Translations under genes and position numbers: made by a program
Shown: positions 1 through 10,108 of the stretch, piece after piece
Position numbering within the stretch: the first letter of the stretch is position 1
Layout of the letters: every line of letters starts with the position of its first letter
The notes under the pieces: generated by a model
What the model was told of the DNA's origin: nothing
What the model saw: the letters and a program-made list of their open reading frames with translations, nothing else
Databases searched by the model: none
From: Desulfobacterales bacterium
GTDB taxonomy: Bacteria > Desulfobacterota > Desulfobacteria > Desulfobacterales > UBA2245
DNA: 64,000 bases
Direction: 5' to 3'
Assembly: GCA_040771865.1 (NCBI GenBank)
Contig: JAXGZF010000003.1
Location: forward strand, 62,001 to 126,000

Positions 1-1103
1 AGCTGTCGAATGCGCTTCGTCTTGTCGAACATGGTGCCGAGCTTGGCCTGAAACAGGACTCCGCCGAGTTTTTCTTTCCATTGATCCATGGAGTCGGACA
101 GATCGCTCTTGAAAAAAAACCGGGCGTCTTCCAGACGGGCTCTTAAAACCCGTTCATGCCCTCTGGCCACCAGTTCCATGTCCCTGGCCGGCGTGTTGTT
201 CACGGCGATAAAACAGGGCATCAGGCGCTGTTTTGCATCCACCACCGCAAAATACTTCTGATGCTTGCGCATGGCGGTAATCAGCACCTCGTCGGGAACC
301 TCGAGATACTTCGCCTCGAACTTACCGGCTGAAACCGCCGGAAATTCCACCAGGTTGTTGACGATATCGACCAGTTCGGCATCCTCTATGATGTTTCCGC
401 CCAGAGCGGTTGCGGTCCTGCGCACCTGATCCTCCACCTGGGCCCGGCGCTCGCTCGAGTCCGCCAGCACGCTAGCCGAACGCAGTGCCTCGACATACTG
501 GCCGGAATGATCGATGCGAATCTTTTCGGGGCTGACAAAACGGTGCCCGCAGGTAAACCGGCCGCTTCGAATATCGCCCAGTTCAAAGAAAACGGCCTTT
601 TCTCCGAGAAGCGCCAGAATCCAGTGAATCGGCCGGGCAAACGAGATGCTCAGATCCGCCCAGCGCATGCTTTTGGGAAAGGGCGTTGCCAGAATCGCGG
701 CTGGAAGCATGGTTTTAAGTATATTCAGGGTCGGGCCTCCGCGTTCGGTTTTGATCGCGCAGAGGTACCGGCCCTTTTCGGTTTCCTTGATTCGAATCCG
801 GTTGACCGGAACGCCGACCTTTTCGGCGAATTTAACAGCCGCCATCGTGGGCTTTCCGCCGGCGTCAAATCCCACTCTTTCCGGCGGTCCGACGACCTCT
901 TCGGTCAGCGGGGCCTGCCTGGGGGCCACATCGTCGATTTGCACAGCCAGTCTTCGCGGTGTTCCAAATACCCGGCACGGGCCGTGGTCGATTCTGGCCT
1001 CGGCCAATCGCTGATCCAGGGTCGAAGCCAGGGATTTGAGCGCAGGTTCGATGTAGCCGGCGGGGATTTCCTCGGTTCCTATCTCCAATAACAGATTATC
1101 CAT
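1..1103 (-). CDS. glyS: Glycine--tRNA ligase beta subunit (5' part; continues beyond window start)
   Basis: Manual translation from ATG at 1103 gives MDNLLLEIGTEEIPAGYIEPAL...FGTPRRLAV, typical of the GlyS N-terminus; lies directly downstream of glyQ. Not in the ORF track because it is truncated. Confidence 0.95.
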   Translation of the reverse strand, partial: MDNLLLEIGTEEIPAGYIEPALKSLASTLDQRLAEARIDHGPCRVFGTPRRLAVQIDDVAPRQAPLTEEVVGPPERVGFDAGGKPTMAAVKFAEKVGVPVNRIRIKETEKGRYLCAIKTERGGPTLNILKTMLPAAILATPFPKSMRWADLSISFARPIHWILALLGEKAVFFELGDIRSGRFTCGHRFVSPEKIRIDHSGQYVEALRSASVLADSSERRAQVEDQVRRTATALGGNIIEDAELVDIVNNLVEFPAVSAGKFEAKYLEVPDEVLITAMRKHQKYFAVVDAKQRLMPCFIAVNNTPARDMELVARGHERVLRARLEDARFFFKSDLSDSMDQWKEKLGGVLFQAKLGTMFDKTKRIRQ

Positions 1104-1146
1104 AATCACCTCGATGATATCTTGAACCGCTTTTATAAAAATGCGT

Positions 1147-2022
1147 TCAGACCGGTTTCCGCAGCAGCGGATAACCCATGGCTTCACGCTGCTTGAGATA
1201 CGCCACGGCGCACAGACGGGCCAGGTTTCGAATCCTTGCAATGTAGCCGGTGCGCTCGGTGACGCTGATCGCTCCACGGGCATCCAGAAGGTTAAAGGTG
1301 TGCGAGCATTTCAGGCAGTATTCATATGCCGGAAGCACCAGTTCCTCTTTGATGATGCGGATGGATTCGGCCTCGTACTTGCCGAAAAGGTCCAGAAGCA
1401 TGGCAACGTCGGCTTTTTCAAAATTGTAGGTGGACTGTTCCACCTCCTGCTGGTGATGCACATGTCCGTATTTGACATCCGGGTTCCATCTCAGATCGTA
1501 GACGTTGTCAATCCCCTGCAGATACATGGAGATGCGCTCCAGGCCGTAGGTGATTTCGACGGATACGGGCCGAAGCTCGATGCTGCCGGCCAGCTGGAAA
1601 TAGGTGAACTGGGTGATCTCCATGCCGTCGAGCCAGACCTCCCAGCCCAGTCCGGAAGCTCCCAGGGTCGGAGACTCCCAGTCGTCCTCCACAAAGCGGA
1701 TATCGTGTTCAAGGGGATCAATGCCCAGTTCTTTCAGGCTTTGCAGATACAGATCCTGAATGTTTCCGGGAGAAGGCTTCAAAATGACCTGAAACTGGTA
1801 GTAATGCTGAAGGCGGTTGGGATTTTCGCCATACCGCCCGTCGGTTGGACGCCGGGACGGCTGGACATATGCCACCTTCCAGGGCTCGGGTCCCAGGGCT
1901 CTTAAAAGTGTGGCGGGATGAAAGGTGCCAGCGCCCACTTCCATGTCGTACGGCTGAGCCAGAACACAGCCTTTCCTCGCCCAGAATTGTTGCAATTTGA
2001 GAATGACCTGCTGAAAATCCAT
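1147..2022 (-). CDS. glyQ: Glycine--tRNA ligase alpha subunit
   Basis: [52 protein letters not shown] motifs. Confidence 0.98.
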   Translation of the reverse strand: MDFQQVILKLQQFWARKGCVLAQPYDMEVGAGTFHPATLLRALGPEPWKVAYVQPSRRPTDGRYGENPNRLQHYYQFQVILKPSPGNIQDLYLQSLKELGIDPLEHDIRFVEDDWESPTLGASGLGWEVWLDGMEITQFTYFQLAGSIELRPVSVEITYGLERISMYLQGIDNVYDLRWNPDVKYGHVHHQQEVEQSTYNFEKADVAMLLDLFGKYEAESIRIIKEELVLPAYEYCLKCSHTFNLLDARGAISVTERTGYIARIRNLARLCAVAYLKQREAMGYPLLRKPV

Positions 2023-2111
2023 CGTTTAACCTCTTCAAATGGTTGTGCCGGTTGTTGGATCAACCCTGATTTATCCGGTTCTGTCAATAAATATCAAATG
2101 CGACGGTTTTG

Positions 2112-3215
2112 TCAAAATTCAAAAGGCTTTGCCGTACAGACAACACCTTTTGAATCGATCAGAAAATCCAGCATTCGAGCGTCTTTGCAGGGGGCGAGCA
2201 GCTTTTCCCATTTATCTTTCAACCGGGCGACATCGGCCGGTTCACCCAGGGCCCACACGCATCCCCCGCCGCCGGCGCCGGCGATTCGGACCCCGCATTT
2301 GCATGCGGTTCCGGTGGCAGCCAGCTGACGGCCGGTTTCGTCAAGCACCTCGGGAGTCAGGCGGCTTCGAATCTCCATTTCCCGGTTCATCATCCCGCCC
2401 GCAGTTTTGAAATCCTTATTTTTCAGAGCCTCGACAAATTTTTGCGTGAAAATGACGACCTCGGCCCAATCCGACCGGCTTTTGCCGGCAACAAACTGTT
2501 CTACCCACCGGCTGTTGACGTCTTTGGAGGCGTGGGGCGCGCCGCAGTAAGCCAGAAGCATATTCTTCTCAAGCATTCTGTATTCCGATACTCTGAACAA
2601 AGGCTCTCTGCCGAACGGCGGATGCTGACCGGCATGCCAGCGCCAGAGGTGAACTCCGCCATAGGCTGCGGCCAGCTGATCCTGAAGCCCGCAGGGAACG
2701 CCGGCCACGCTGGATTCCAGGCGCCATGCCAGCAGGGCGATATCCCGCCTCGACAGGAGCTTTTTCCCCAGCGCACCGGCTTCGGCCATGGACAGAGCGG
2801 CAATCAGGGCGACAGCGGCGGTCGATGATCCTCCCAGGGAGCTTCGGGGCGGAGAGGATGAATCGATCATGATGTGAACGCCTTCGGCTCTGAAGAAGGC
2901 GGCAATCGAAAACATCAGGCCCAGCGGGTGATTAAAAGGCGCTTCCATAAGATCGAAATCGGCGCTGTCGAATCCTGCCGATGAAACCTTCACCCTGCCC
3001 GGCGTGTGGGGCCCCAGAACCACACGGGTTCGCATGCTCAGGGCGATATTAAACGTACAGGGTTTCAGGTGCCGAAGGGGATAATGGAAGGCGCCGATAT
3101 CCACGGTGCCGCCCATGTCGATCCGGCAGGGCGCCGATGCCTCGATGATCTGCTTTGCCGCAATGCTTGAAATCGCGCCGCACATATTCACGGGTTTCAA
3201 CTTTTTTTCGATCAT
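2112..3215 (-). CDS. GHMP-family sugar kinase (HddA/galactokinase-like)
   Basis: SAPCRIDMGGTVD, PPRSSLGGSS, CGLQDQ and AGAGGGGC GHMP motifs. Confidence 0.85.
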   Translation of the reverse strand: MIEKKLKPVNMCGAISSIAAKQIIEASAPCRIDMGGTVDIGAFHYPLRHLKPCTFNIALSMRTRVVLGPHTPGRVKVSSAGFDSADFDLMEAPFNHPLGLMFSIAAFFRAEGVHIMIDSSSPPRSSLGGSSTAAVALIAALSMAEAGALGKKLLSRRDIALLAWRLESSVAGVPCGLQDQLAAAYGGVHLWRWHAGQHPPFGREPLFRVSEYRMLEKNMLLAYCGAPHASKDVNSRWVEQFVAGKSRSDWAEVVIFTQKFVEALKNKDFKTAGGMMNREMEIRSRLTPEVLDETGRQLAATGTACKCGVRIAGAGGGGCVWALGEPADVARLKDKWEKLLAPCKDARMLDFLIDSKGVVCTAKPFEF

Positions 3216-3994
3216 CCATCATGCCGCGGCTGCCTGAGCTGATGCAGCACGCCCAAGCTTCGCGGGATTTTTCCGAGATGATAAGGAACAAAATTTTCCA
3301 GAAATTCCAGCCCCTGTTTCAAAGCCGCATCCGTGCACCGAAGCCGGCCGACCGCTTCGTTTTCCCGGCTGGCCATCCATATCAGCTGCTTGATCGTTCC
3401 CTTGGTCAGGACCGCGGTCCGGGTCGAAGCCTTCTTTTCACATTTCTGGCATATCAGAGTCCCCCTTGAAAAATCAAAGAGAATCTCCGGCCCGGATATT
3501 TTTTCCAGTTCGATCCGACAGACTCCGCAGCGCTCCAGATCGGGTGTAATTCCGGAAAGTTTGGCAAATTTGATCTGAAACAGCATGCTTAACATGGCAT
3601 CGGATGACCGTCCCTCGTCCAAGGCCGACAGCATATATTGCAGCAGGTGATACAGGGGCGCATGGATTTCTCCGGGCTGAGCGCCGTCGTTGACCAGTTC
3701 GGCCCAGTAGCTGGCATAGGCTGTTTTGACGATATTTGAACGAATTCCCTCAAAGGACCGCTCGACGGATGCCTCCTGAAGCACCGTCAGATTGTCCCTG
3801 CAGGTCCGGCTGCAGACGATTTTCAACGTTGAGAACAATTCGAGAACGCCGGCGAATCGTTTGACGCTTTTCTTGGCGTATTTGGCGATCACGGTCAATT
3901 TGCCGTGCTCCAGGGTCAACAGGGTGAGAATCAGGTCGTAATCCGCGTAATCGGTCCGGCGCAGCAGAATGGCGGGGCTTGAGAAACCGGTCAT
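3212..3994 (-). CDS. recO: DNA repair protein RecO
   Basis: AILLRRTDYADYDLILTLLT N-terminal OB fold, AKKSVKRFAG, CxxC...CxxC zinc site; recO-glyQ context. Confidence 0.95.
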   Translation of the reverse strand: MTGFSSPAILLRRTDYADYDLILTLLTLEHGKLTVIAKYAKKSVKRFAGVLELFSTLKIVCSRTCRDNLTVLQEASVERSFEGIRSNIVKTAYASYWAELVNDGAQPGEIHAPLYHLLQYMLSALDEGRSSDAMLSMLFQIKFAKLSGITPDLERCGVCRIELEKISGPEILFDFSRGTLICQKCEKKASTRTAVLTKGTIKQLIWMASRENEAVGRLRCTDAALKQGLEFLENFVPYHLGKIPRSLGVLHQLRQPRHDG

Positions 3995-3998
3995 GCCG

Positions 3999-5351
3999 TC
4001 AGATTCCCAGAAGTGTTGAAGCGATTTTGAAATAAAAGTACACGCTGATGATATCGATGGCCGTGGTCACAAAGGGACCGGTGGCCACCGCCGGATCGAT
4101 GCTTGCTCTGGCGAAAAGCAGGGGTGCCATGGACCCGACCAGGGTCGCGATGGACATGGAACAGACCACGGACAGTCCCACCGACAACGCCAGCCCGGCG
4201 ATGCTGTAACTCATCTGGGCAACGATGCCGATCAGGCATCCGTAAACAGCGCCGAGAATAAAACCGATGACAAGTTCTCTGGAAACGATGGGCCAGAAGT
4301 CCCTGACATGAAAACGTCCCGTTGCCAGGCCACGGACCACGATGGTTGCCGACTGAGTGCCTACGTTTCCTCCCATGCCCATGATGACGGGTATGAATGC
4401 GGCCAGGTAACTGAACCTGTTCAGACTTGTCTCAAAGCGGCTAATCACGAAAAATGCGGCAATGCCGCCGATGCAGCTGGCAAAAAGCCACGGAAGACGG
4501 ATTCTCGCGCTTTTGGCGACGGATTTTCCCTCGATGAACTCCTCGCTCACACCGGCCATCTTGAGCATATCTTCCGCAGCCTCCTCCCGAATGATGTCGA
4601 TCACGTCGTCCACCGTCACGATTCCCACCAGACGGTTGGTTTCATCCACCACCGGAACGGCCAGAATATCGTACCGGGCAACGATTCTGGCCACCTCTTC
4701 CTGGTCCGTGTCGGTTTTTACCGACACCACATCAGTGCGCATAAAATCCCGAAGGGGGGCCTCCGGGGGTACGACCACCAGCTGACGCAGAGAGCTCACT
4801 CCGACGAGTTTCTGATAGGAATCCACCACATAAAGGTAAAAAGGCATCTCGACATGCAGATATTCCTTCTGAATCGAACCGATAGCCTCGGCGGCGGTGG
4901 CGTTCTCCGGCAGGGCGATAAAATCCGGCACCATGATGCCGCCGGCCGTATCATCGGGATACTGGAGCAGGCCCTCGACCTCCTCGGAGCCCTCCCGCTT
5001 CATCTTTTTGAGAATGGAATGGGTGGTATTCTCGGGCAGAGGGGCGATCAGGTCCGCCACATCATCGGTGGGCATGTGCTCGAAAATATCGACCACCTCG
5101 TCGATATTCAATTCCTCGACAAAATTCTTAAAGGCGTCCTCGTCCATCTCGATTAAAAGCGCGCCTTTTTTCTCGGGATCCTCGATGAGCTGAAAAAGCT
5201 TGTGCTGGCTGGCCAGAGGCAGAGAACGGAAGGCCACGGACAGATCCGCCGCATGTGTCCTGTTCATGATCTTGCGCAGATGCGAGGTTGCGCCGCGCCT
5301 GAGCAGCCGCTGAATGCTGTCGATCAGTATCTTGTTGCCGTCATTTTGCAT
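3999..5351 (-). CDS. mgtE: Magnesium transporter MgtE
   Basis: N-domain, CBS pair (TAGGIM, GIVTVDD), GMGGNVGTQS and DPAVATGPFVTT transmembrane motifs. Confidence 0.96.
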   Translation of the reverse strand: MQNDGNKILIDSIQRLLRRGATSHLRKIMNRTHAADLSVAFRSLPLASQHKLFQLIEDPEKKGALLIEMDEDAFKNFVEELNIDEVVDIFEHMPTDDVADLIAPLPENTTHSILKKMKREGSEEVEGLLQYPDDTAGGIMVPDFIALPENATAAEAIGSIQKEYLHVEMPFYLYVVDSYQKLVGVSSLRQLVVVPPEAPLRDFMRTDVVSVKTDTDQEEVARIVARYDILAVPVVDETNRLVGIVTVDDVIDIIREEAAEDMLKMAGVSEEFIEGKSVAKSARIRLPWLFASCIGGIAAFFVISRFETSLNRFSYLAAFIPVIMGMGGNVGTQSATIVVRGLATGRFHVRDFWPIVSRELVIGFILGAVYGCLIGIVAQMSYSIAGLALSVGLSVVCSMSIATLVGSMAPLLFARASIDPAVATGPFVTTAIDIISVYFYFKIASTLLGI

Positions 5352-5430
5352 GCAAGGCTTTTACCGGCCGGGGAAAGGGGTTGTTTTACGAAATATCCGG
5401 TTCTTTAAAAAACCGAAAATCCTGGCACGA

Positions 5431-6432
5431 CTAACGTATGATCTTGATATGAGATCGCCGCTTGAGCGCTTCAAGCCACGCCTGAAACTTGGTGTCCACG
5501 ATCTCTTTGTAAAGCTGATCCTGAATTTCGGCGGCGGCCTTCTCGAGTGTCTTGTCCTCGCCCGTCTCGACCGCTTCAACGTAAAAAACCTGAAATCCCT
5601 GATCGGTACTGAGAATCGGCGTGACATCGCCTGCATTCAAATGAATGAGATGTTCCTGTAGCTGGGGAGAAAGCTGATCCAGACGAAAGAATCCAAGATC
5701 TCCGCCCTGGTCCCTGTTCGGAGCCTCGGAATACCGCCGGGCAAGGTCCTCAATGGACTGTCCGGACTTGTACTGGTCCAGAACCCGGTTGAATTTTTCG
5801 GACACGTCCTGTTTTGTGGCCGGATTGTCGGAAACCGGCACCTTCATCAGGATGTTTCGAAGGTGATACCGTCGGGCCCCCTGAAACAGTTCCGGATGGC
5901 TCTCGTAATATGCCCTGACCTCCTCCGGGGTCACGACGACCCGCGAGCGTACCTCGATATTGACCAGCTTTGAGCGAAGAATCTGCTCCCTGATTTTTTC
6001 CCGGTACTCTTCGAAACTCATGCCCTGTGAGGCCAGAATGCTTCTCAAACTCTCATCCGTATAACGATTGATATTTTTAATCTGTTCGATCGTCGCGTCG
6101 ATTTCCTTGTCGGAAACCGAAATCCTGTATTTTTTGATTTCCTGGTCGGTGAGTTTCTGTTCGATCAGCTGATTGAGCATATCCTCGCGAACCTTGAAGA
6201 GCATCTGCCCCTGCTTCTCGTCGGTATAGCCCATGGCCAGAATCTGGCGTTCATAAGGCGCCAGCACCTGATTCAGATCAAACAAGGTGATCACCTCGTC
6301 GTTGACCACGGCGACAATTCGTTCCACCACCTGCCCGCCATGGACGTTGATTGCGCCCGCGGCCGGCCATATAATCAGACATGCCGCCAGTAAGGCAGGA
6401 AAAAATCTTCGAGACTCAATGCGTTTTGTCAT
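5431..6432 (-). CDS. surA: SurA-like periplasmic chaperone / parvulin peptidylprolyl isomerase
   Basis: Signal peptide, ERIVAVVNDEVIT, LARRYSE...GGDLGF rotamase domain. Confidence 0.85.
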   Translation of the reverse strand: MTKRIESRRFFPALLAACLIIWPAAGAINVHGGQVVERIVAVVNDEVITLFDLNQVLAPYERQILAMGYTDEKQGQMLFKVREDMLNQLIEQKLTDQEIKKYRISVSDKEIDATIEQIKNINRYTDESLRSILASQGMSFEEYREKIREQILRSKLVNIEVRSRVVVTPEEVRAYYESHPELFQGARRYHLRNILMKVPVSDNPATKQDVSEKFNRVLDQYKSGQSIEDLARRYSEAPNRDQGGDLGFFRLDQLSPQLQEHLIHLNAGDVTPILSTDQGFQVFYVEAVETGEDKTLEKAAAEIQDQLYKEIVDTKFQAWLEALKRRSHIKIIR

Positions 6433-6472
6433 GAAATTGTTCCAAATTAAGGGCCGAAGCCCGGATTAGGGA

Positions 6473-7156
6473 TTATTGATTGACCAGCCGGGACCATGCC
6501 TTCCGGTTCACTTCCACCGGATACTTTTTGCGAAGGCTCGAAATCCAGGGACTGTAAGCGGCTTCCAGTTTCAGGCGCCGCAGATTTGCCACAACCGCTG
6601 TTTCCAGCTGCTGGGGATCAGACTGAATATTCGAACGCAAATCTTTTTTCTTATAGTGTTCCTGATGATATTTTTCAACCTCTTCCACCGTTATGTTCAC
6701 CTGGCCGGCCAAATCCTTTTCCACCAGTTTTTCCCGGAGAAGCTGCATCCTCAGGCGGGACTTCCATGCCTTCAAAGAAATCGCATGTTCCAGCGCAATA
6801 CTCTTGAAATAACCGGGTGGATATTCCTCGCAAATGTTCAAAAAGGCCGCTTCAAGCTCCGAATCGGCGACCTGAAGATCGAGTTCGCGGGCTCTTTGCA
6901 TCAGAACCAGATCTTCCACCATCTGGTTTAAAAGCCTCATGCGCGCTTCCTGAAGAATCTGCGGGTCCTGCAATTCGGACGGAGCGTAGGCGGTTTTAAA
7001 TATCTCGAATTGCTGCCAAAAATCCGAAACAGTTTGAATTTCGTTCCCGATGCGGACCAGGTATGCGTCCTTTGAACCAACCGGTTTGAAGCATCCTTCC
7101 ATGACCAGTATGCACGTCAGAGCGAGGCCGGCGGCAATTATAAGGCGCTGTTTCAT
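6473..7156 (-). CDS. SurA N-terminal-domain lipoprotein (no intact rotamase domain)
   Basis: Lipobox-like MEGC; LLNQMVEDLVLMQRARELDLQV SurA_N signature; adjacent to the surA-like gene. Confidence 0.75.
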   Translation of the reverse strand: MKQRLIIAAGLALTCILVMEGCFKPVGSKDAYLVRIGNEIQTVSDFWQQFEIFKTAYAPSELQDPQILQEARMRLLNQMVEDLVLMQRARELDLQVADSELEAAFLNICEEYPPGYFKSIALEHAISLKAWKSRLRMQLLREKLVEKDLAGQVNITVEEVEKYHQEHYKKKDLRSNIQSDPQQLETAVVANLRRLKLEAAYSPWISSLRKKYPVEVNRKAWSRLVNQ

Positions 7157-7511
7157 TTTCCGAGAATCCAGTCAAGACACCGCCGTTTTTCCATAAACGG
7201 CGGCGCCAAAAATTCCAATTAACATCACATTTTCATGCGCTCAGGCGTTAACATGTTGATATATATACTGCAATATGTTTTTCGCTTCAAGCGGCTGTCC
7301 GGTCCGCCGAAACAGGGCGGCTGTGTCAATAAATGCCGAAGCAATGGGGGAGCGGTTTGTGGAATCTCTGAAAGAGCGCTTAAAGAAGATATGACTGAGA
7401 GAAACAGGATGAAGTCGGGAGGCATTCCGGCACAGGATGGCTTCTGAGCGCCCGGCACTTCGGTCTTCCGATACAGCTGGCTGTTCATAAAGATTTTCTG
7501 GCCAATTGGAA

Positions 7512-7540
7512 TTGACAGTCGATATTTTTTTTCTTATACT
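7512..7540 (+). promoter_or_regulatory. Sigma70-type promoter
   Basis: TTGACA (7512-7517), 17-nt spacer, TATACT (7535-7540), upstream of the ORF at 7621. Confidence 0.7.
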
Positions 7541-7620
7541 TTGCTAAAAAATATTGTACCAATACCGCATCGGCTCGGACAGCCATGTTTCGGAACGTTC
7601 AAGCCCCCGGGAGAACATCT

Positions 7621-8025
7621 ATGATCCAGAACAAAATTGTAGTTCGGTATCAGGACGGACGCGTGATCAAAGGAATCACCAGAGACTTTTTCCCCAATAA
7701 GGACATTTTCCATCTGGTGTTGATGGACGCTCAGCCCGGAAGCAAACCGCTTGAGGTGCGCACACAGGATCTCAAGGCGGTCTTCTTCGTCAAGGACTTC
7801 GCGGGCAATCCTAAGTATGACGACAAGAAGGAATTCGACCCGACCAAACCGGTGGTCGGTCGCAAGATTCAGGTAATCTTCAAGGACGGCGAACTGATGG
7901 TCGGCACGACCAACGGATACGACCCGAAACGGCCGGGGTTCTTCGTCATGCCTGCGGATTCCCAGTCCAACATCGAGCGGTGTTTCGTGTTCACGCCGGC
8001 AACCCGCGAAGTATCCTTTATTTGA
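7621..8025 (+). CDS. Small conserved hypothetical protein with internal duplication (DUF6982-like)
   Basis: ATG at 7621 after GGGAG; two related halves KIVVRYQDGRVIKG / KIQVIFKDGELMVG. Confidence 0.65.
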   Translation: MIQNKIVVRYQDGRVIKGITRDFFPNKDIFHLVLMDAQPGSKPLEVRTQDLKAVFFVKDFAGNPKYDDKKEFDPTKPVVGRKIQVIFKDGELMVGTTNGYDPKRPGFFVMPADSQSNIERCFVFTPATREVSFI

Positions 8026-8170
8026 TGGTAAAAGTGCTCATCCCTGCCTCTTGCTGCGTTCATTAGAAAGGCATCAGTATCCATGCCTGTCCTGCTTTTT
8101 CGAACCGGGCCGGGGGTTTTCAAGACACGTGCACAGTGATATCCTGTATTTTGCGCATTCAGTCCCATAT

Positions 8171-9526
8171 TCACGCGCAAAGACCTTTCAGCCGCGAAAC
8201 GATTTCCCACGAAAAGCCCTCTTTCCGACAGGGCAGAATGGCGTTGTTGGAAAACACCGGGTCGGCTTCCAAATCGTAGCGGGAGCTTTGAACGGCTTCC
8301 TTCCAGAGCGCCGTATGGGGAATCGGCGTGTAATAGGCCGGAATCGGCGTGATGCCGCTTTGCCGGACCATGGAAATGGATGCTGATACGGCGTTCATGT
8401 CCTGGCCGGGAAGGCCGACGAGCAGGTAGGCACCGATCTGCTTTCTTTCAAACCCGGCGGCTTTGAGATCGTTGACGGCGCGGATGAATTCATCGGCGCA
8501 GACCTTGGCGTCCAGGTTATGTCTGGATTCAAAGGCTGTGGTTTCAAGACCCAGACGGATGGTTTCAAATCCGGCGTCAAACATCAGCCGGGCCGTGGCC
8601 AGGGTGATCTCCCGAATATGAAGGGCGTTGGGGGTGTGAAAGCGCAGGCGGTATCCGCTTCGAATGATTCCTTCCAGTATCGGCGCGGCATGGTTTTCCG
8701 AGTCCGATAGAAAGGCGTCGTCGTACAGGGCGAAATCGCGCACATCCTGGTCTTTATGGCGCAAAGAGATCTCGTCGAGAACCGATTCCGCGCTGCGGCG
8801 CATGTGCCTGGGGGTTAAGAACCTGGAGGCGCAATAGGCGCAGGAAAACGGGCATCCCCGGGCCGTGAGAATCGGAGCGTAGTTGATCTTCCGCTGAAGT
8901 TCGAGGGCCGGGTACGGCCAGACGTCCGGATCTTTTGAATCGAAGCGCCGGTCCGGTGAAAACCCGGTATGGCGTTCAATCAGATTAAAAATACCTTCTT
9001 CGCCGGGTCCGGTGAAAATCTCGTCGGCGCCGCTGGTCCGCCCGGCGTGCTCCGGGCAGAGCGTGGCGTAGATGCCGCCCAGAACAACCGGGGTATTGGG
9101 GAAAATTTGGCGGATTGCGGAAATGGCTTCCGCCACGCCCGGATGCCAGTAGGTCATCAGGGAGGTGATCAGAATCAGGTCGGGCCGGGGCGTGTTCAGA
9201 AGGTCCTGGCGAAGCCATTCCGGCAGGATGCCGTAGCGGGAATAGGTGCGCGGAACGTCTTCCAGGCCGGCCGGTTTGGGGACCGGGGTTTTCAGATACG
9301 GGCCGCGGCCGTTTCTGGCGAAAGGGTCGGTTTTCGAAGCCCTGGGATGAAACCGGTCCAGGCAGTCGATGTAGGATACGGCAAGACCGCTTTTTTTCAA
9401 AAATGCGGCCAGGGAAAGCAGGCCCAGGGGCTTGGCCCAGAAATCATAGGCGGCAAAATCGCAGATCCACGGATTGACCAGAAGGACGCGGGGAACATCG
9501 CGGCCGAAGGTTTCAGCTGGGGTCAT
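8171..9526 (-). CDS. Cobalamin-binding radical SAM protein
   Basis: PLGLLSLAAFL, VVLGGIYATLCP B12-binding domain; RGCPFSCAYC CxxxCxxC motif. Confidence 0.9.
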   Translation of the reverse strand: MTPAETFGRDVPRVLLVNPWICDFAAYDFWAKPLGLLSLAAFLKKSGLAVSYIDCLDRFHPRASKTDPFARNGRGPYLKTPVPKPAGLEDVPRTYSRYGILPEWLRQDLLNTPRPDLILITSLMTYWHPGVAEAISAIRQIFPNTPVVLGGIYATLCPEHAGRTSGADEIFTGPGEEGIFNLIERHTGFSPDRRFDSKDPDVWPYPALELQRKINYAPILTARGCPFSCAYCASRFLTPRHMRRSAESVLDEISLRHKDQDVRDFALYDDAFLSDSENHAAPILEGIIRSGYRLRFHTPNALHIREITLATARLMFDAGFETIRLGLETTAFESRHNLDAKVCADEFIRAVNDLKAAGFERKQIGAYLLVGLPGQDMNAVSASISMVRQSGITPIPAYYTPIPHTALWKEAVQSSRYDLEADPVFSNNAILPCRKEGFSWEIVSRLKGLCA

Positions 9527-9995
9527 CTTCAGCAAAATACCTCATCGAGGTTTTCTTGAGCTCCCGAATGCTGAAGAGCATGGCGTAGTCGGAAACCCCG
9601 GCGGCATCGGAAAGCGCCCGTGCGATAGCCCGGCAGTCATCCTCGCTCTTACCGTGAATCATCGTATACAGGTTATACGGCCACCGGTTCACGGGGTTTC
9701 TCCGGTAACAGTGCGAGACCCGGCTGTTTTCGGCCATGAGGACGCCGACCTCCTCTATGCGGTTCTCGGGCACCTTCCAGGCGGTCATGGCGTTTGCCGC
9801 GTATCCGGACTTCTGGTGCTTCAGGGTGGCGCCGAAACGGCGGATCAATCCCCGGTCACGGAGGCTTTTGAGGATTTCCAGAAGTGTGTCTTCGGAGATG
9901 CCCATCTTCTGGGCGATTTCAAGATAGGGGCGTTCGCAGACGGGCATATCCCCCTGAATCTGCGCGATGACCTTTTTTTCCAGTTCCGTGAGCAT
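9513..9995 (-). CDS. ahbB: Siroheme decarboxylase subunit (AhbB/NirH-like, Lrp/AsnC fold)
   Basis: IQGDMPVCERPY, IRRFGATLKHQKSG, VSHCYRR...WPYNLYTMIHG, ELKKTSM; start set at ATG 9995. Confidence 0.85.
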   Translation of the reverse strand: MLTELEKKVIAQIQGDMPVCERPYLEIAQKMGISEDTLLEILKSLRDRGLIRRFGATLKHQKSGYAANAMTAWKVPENRIEEVGVLMAENSRVSHCYRRNPVNRWPYNLYTMIHGKSEDDCRAIARALSDAAGVSDYAMLFSIRELKKTSMRYFAEDDPS

Positions 9996-10108
9996 GCTCT
10001 GTCCGAGTATAATTGATGAAGCATTTCCACTCTGTCCCGGTCCGTCCATTTTCGTGAAAACAGGCCTGACAAAGACATGGGCGATTTAAGAAGCTTTGCC
10101 GAAAAATG

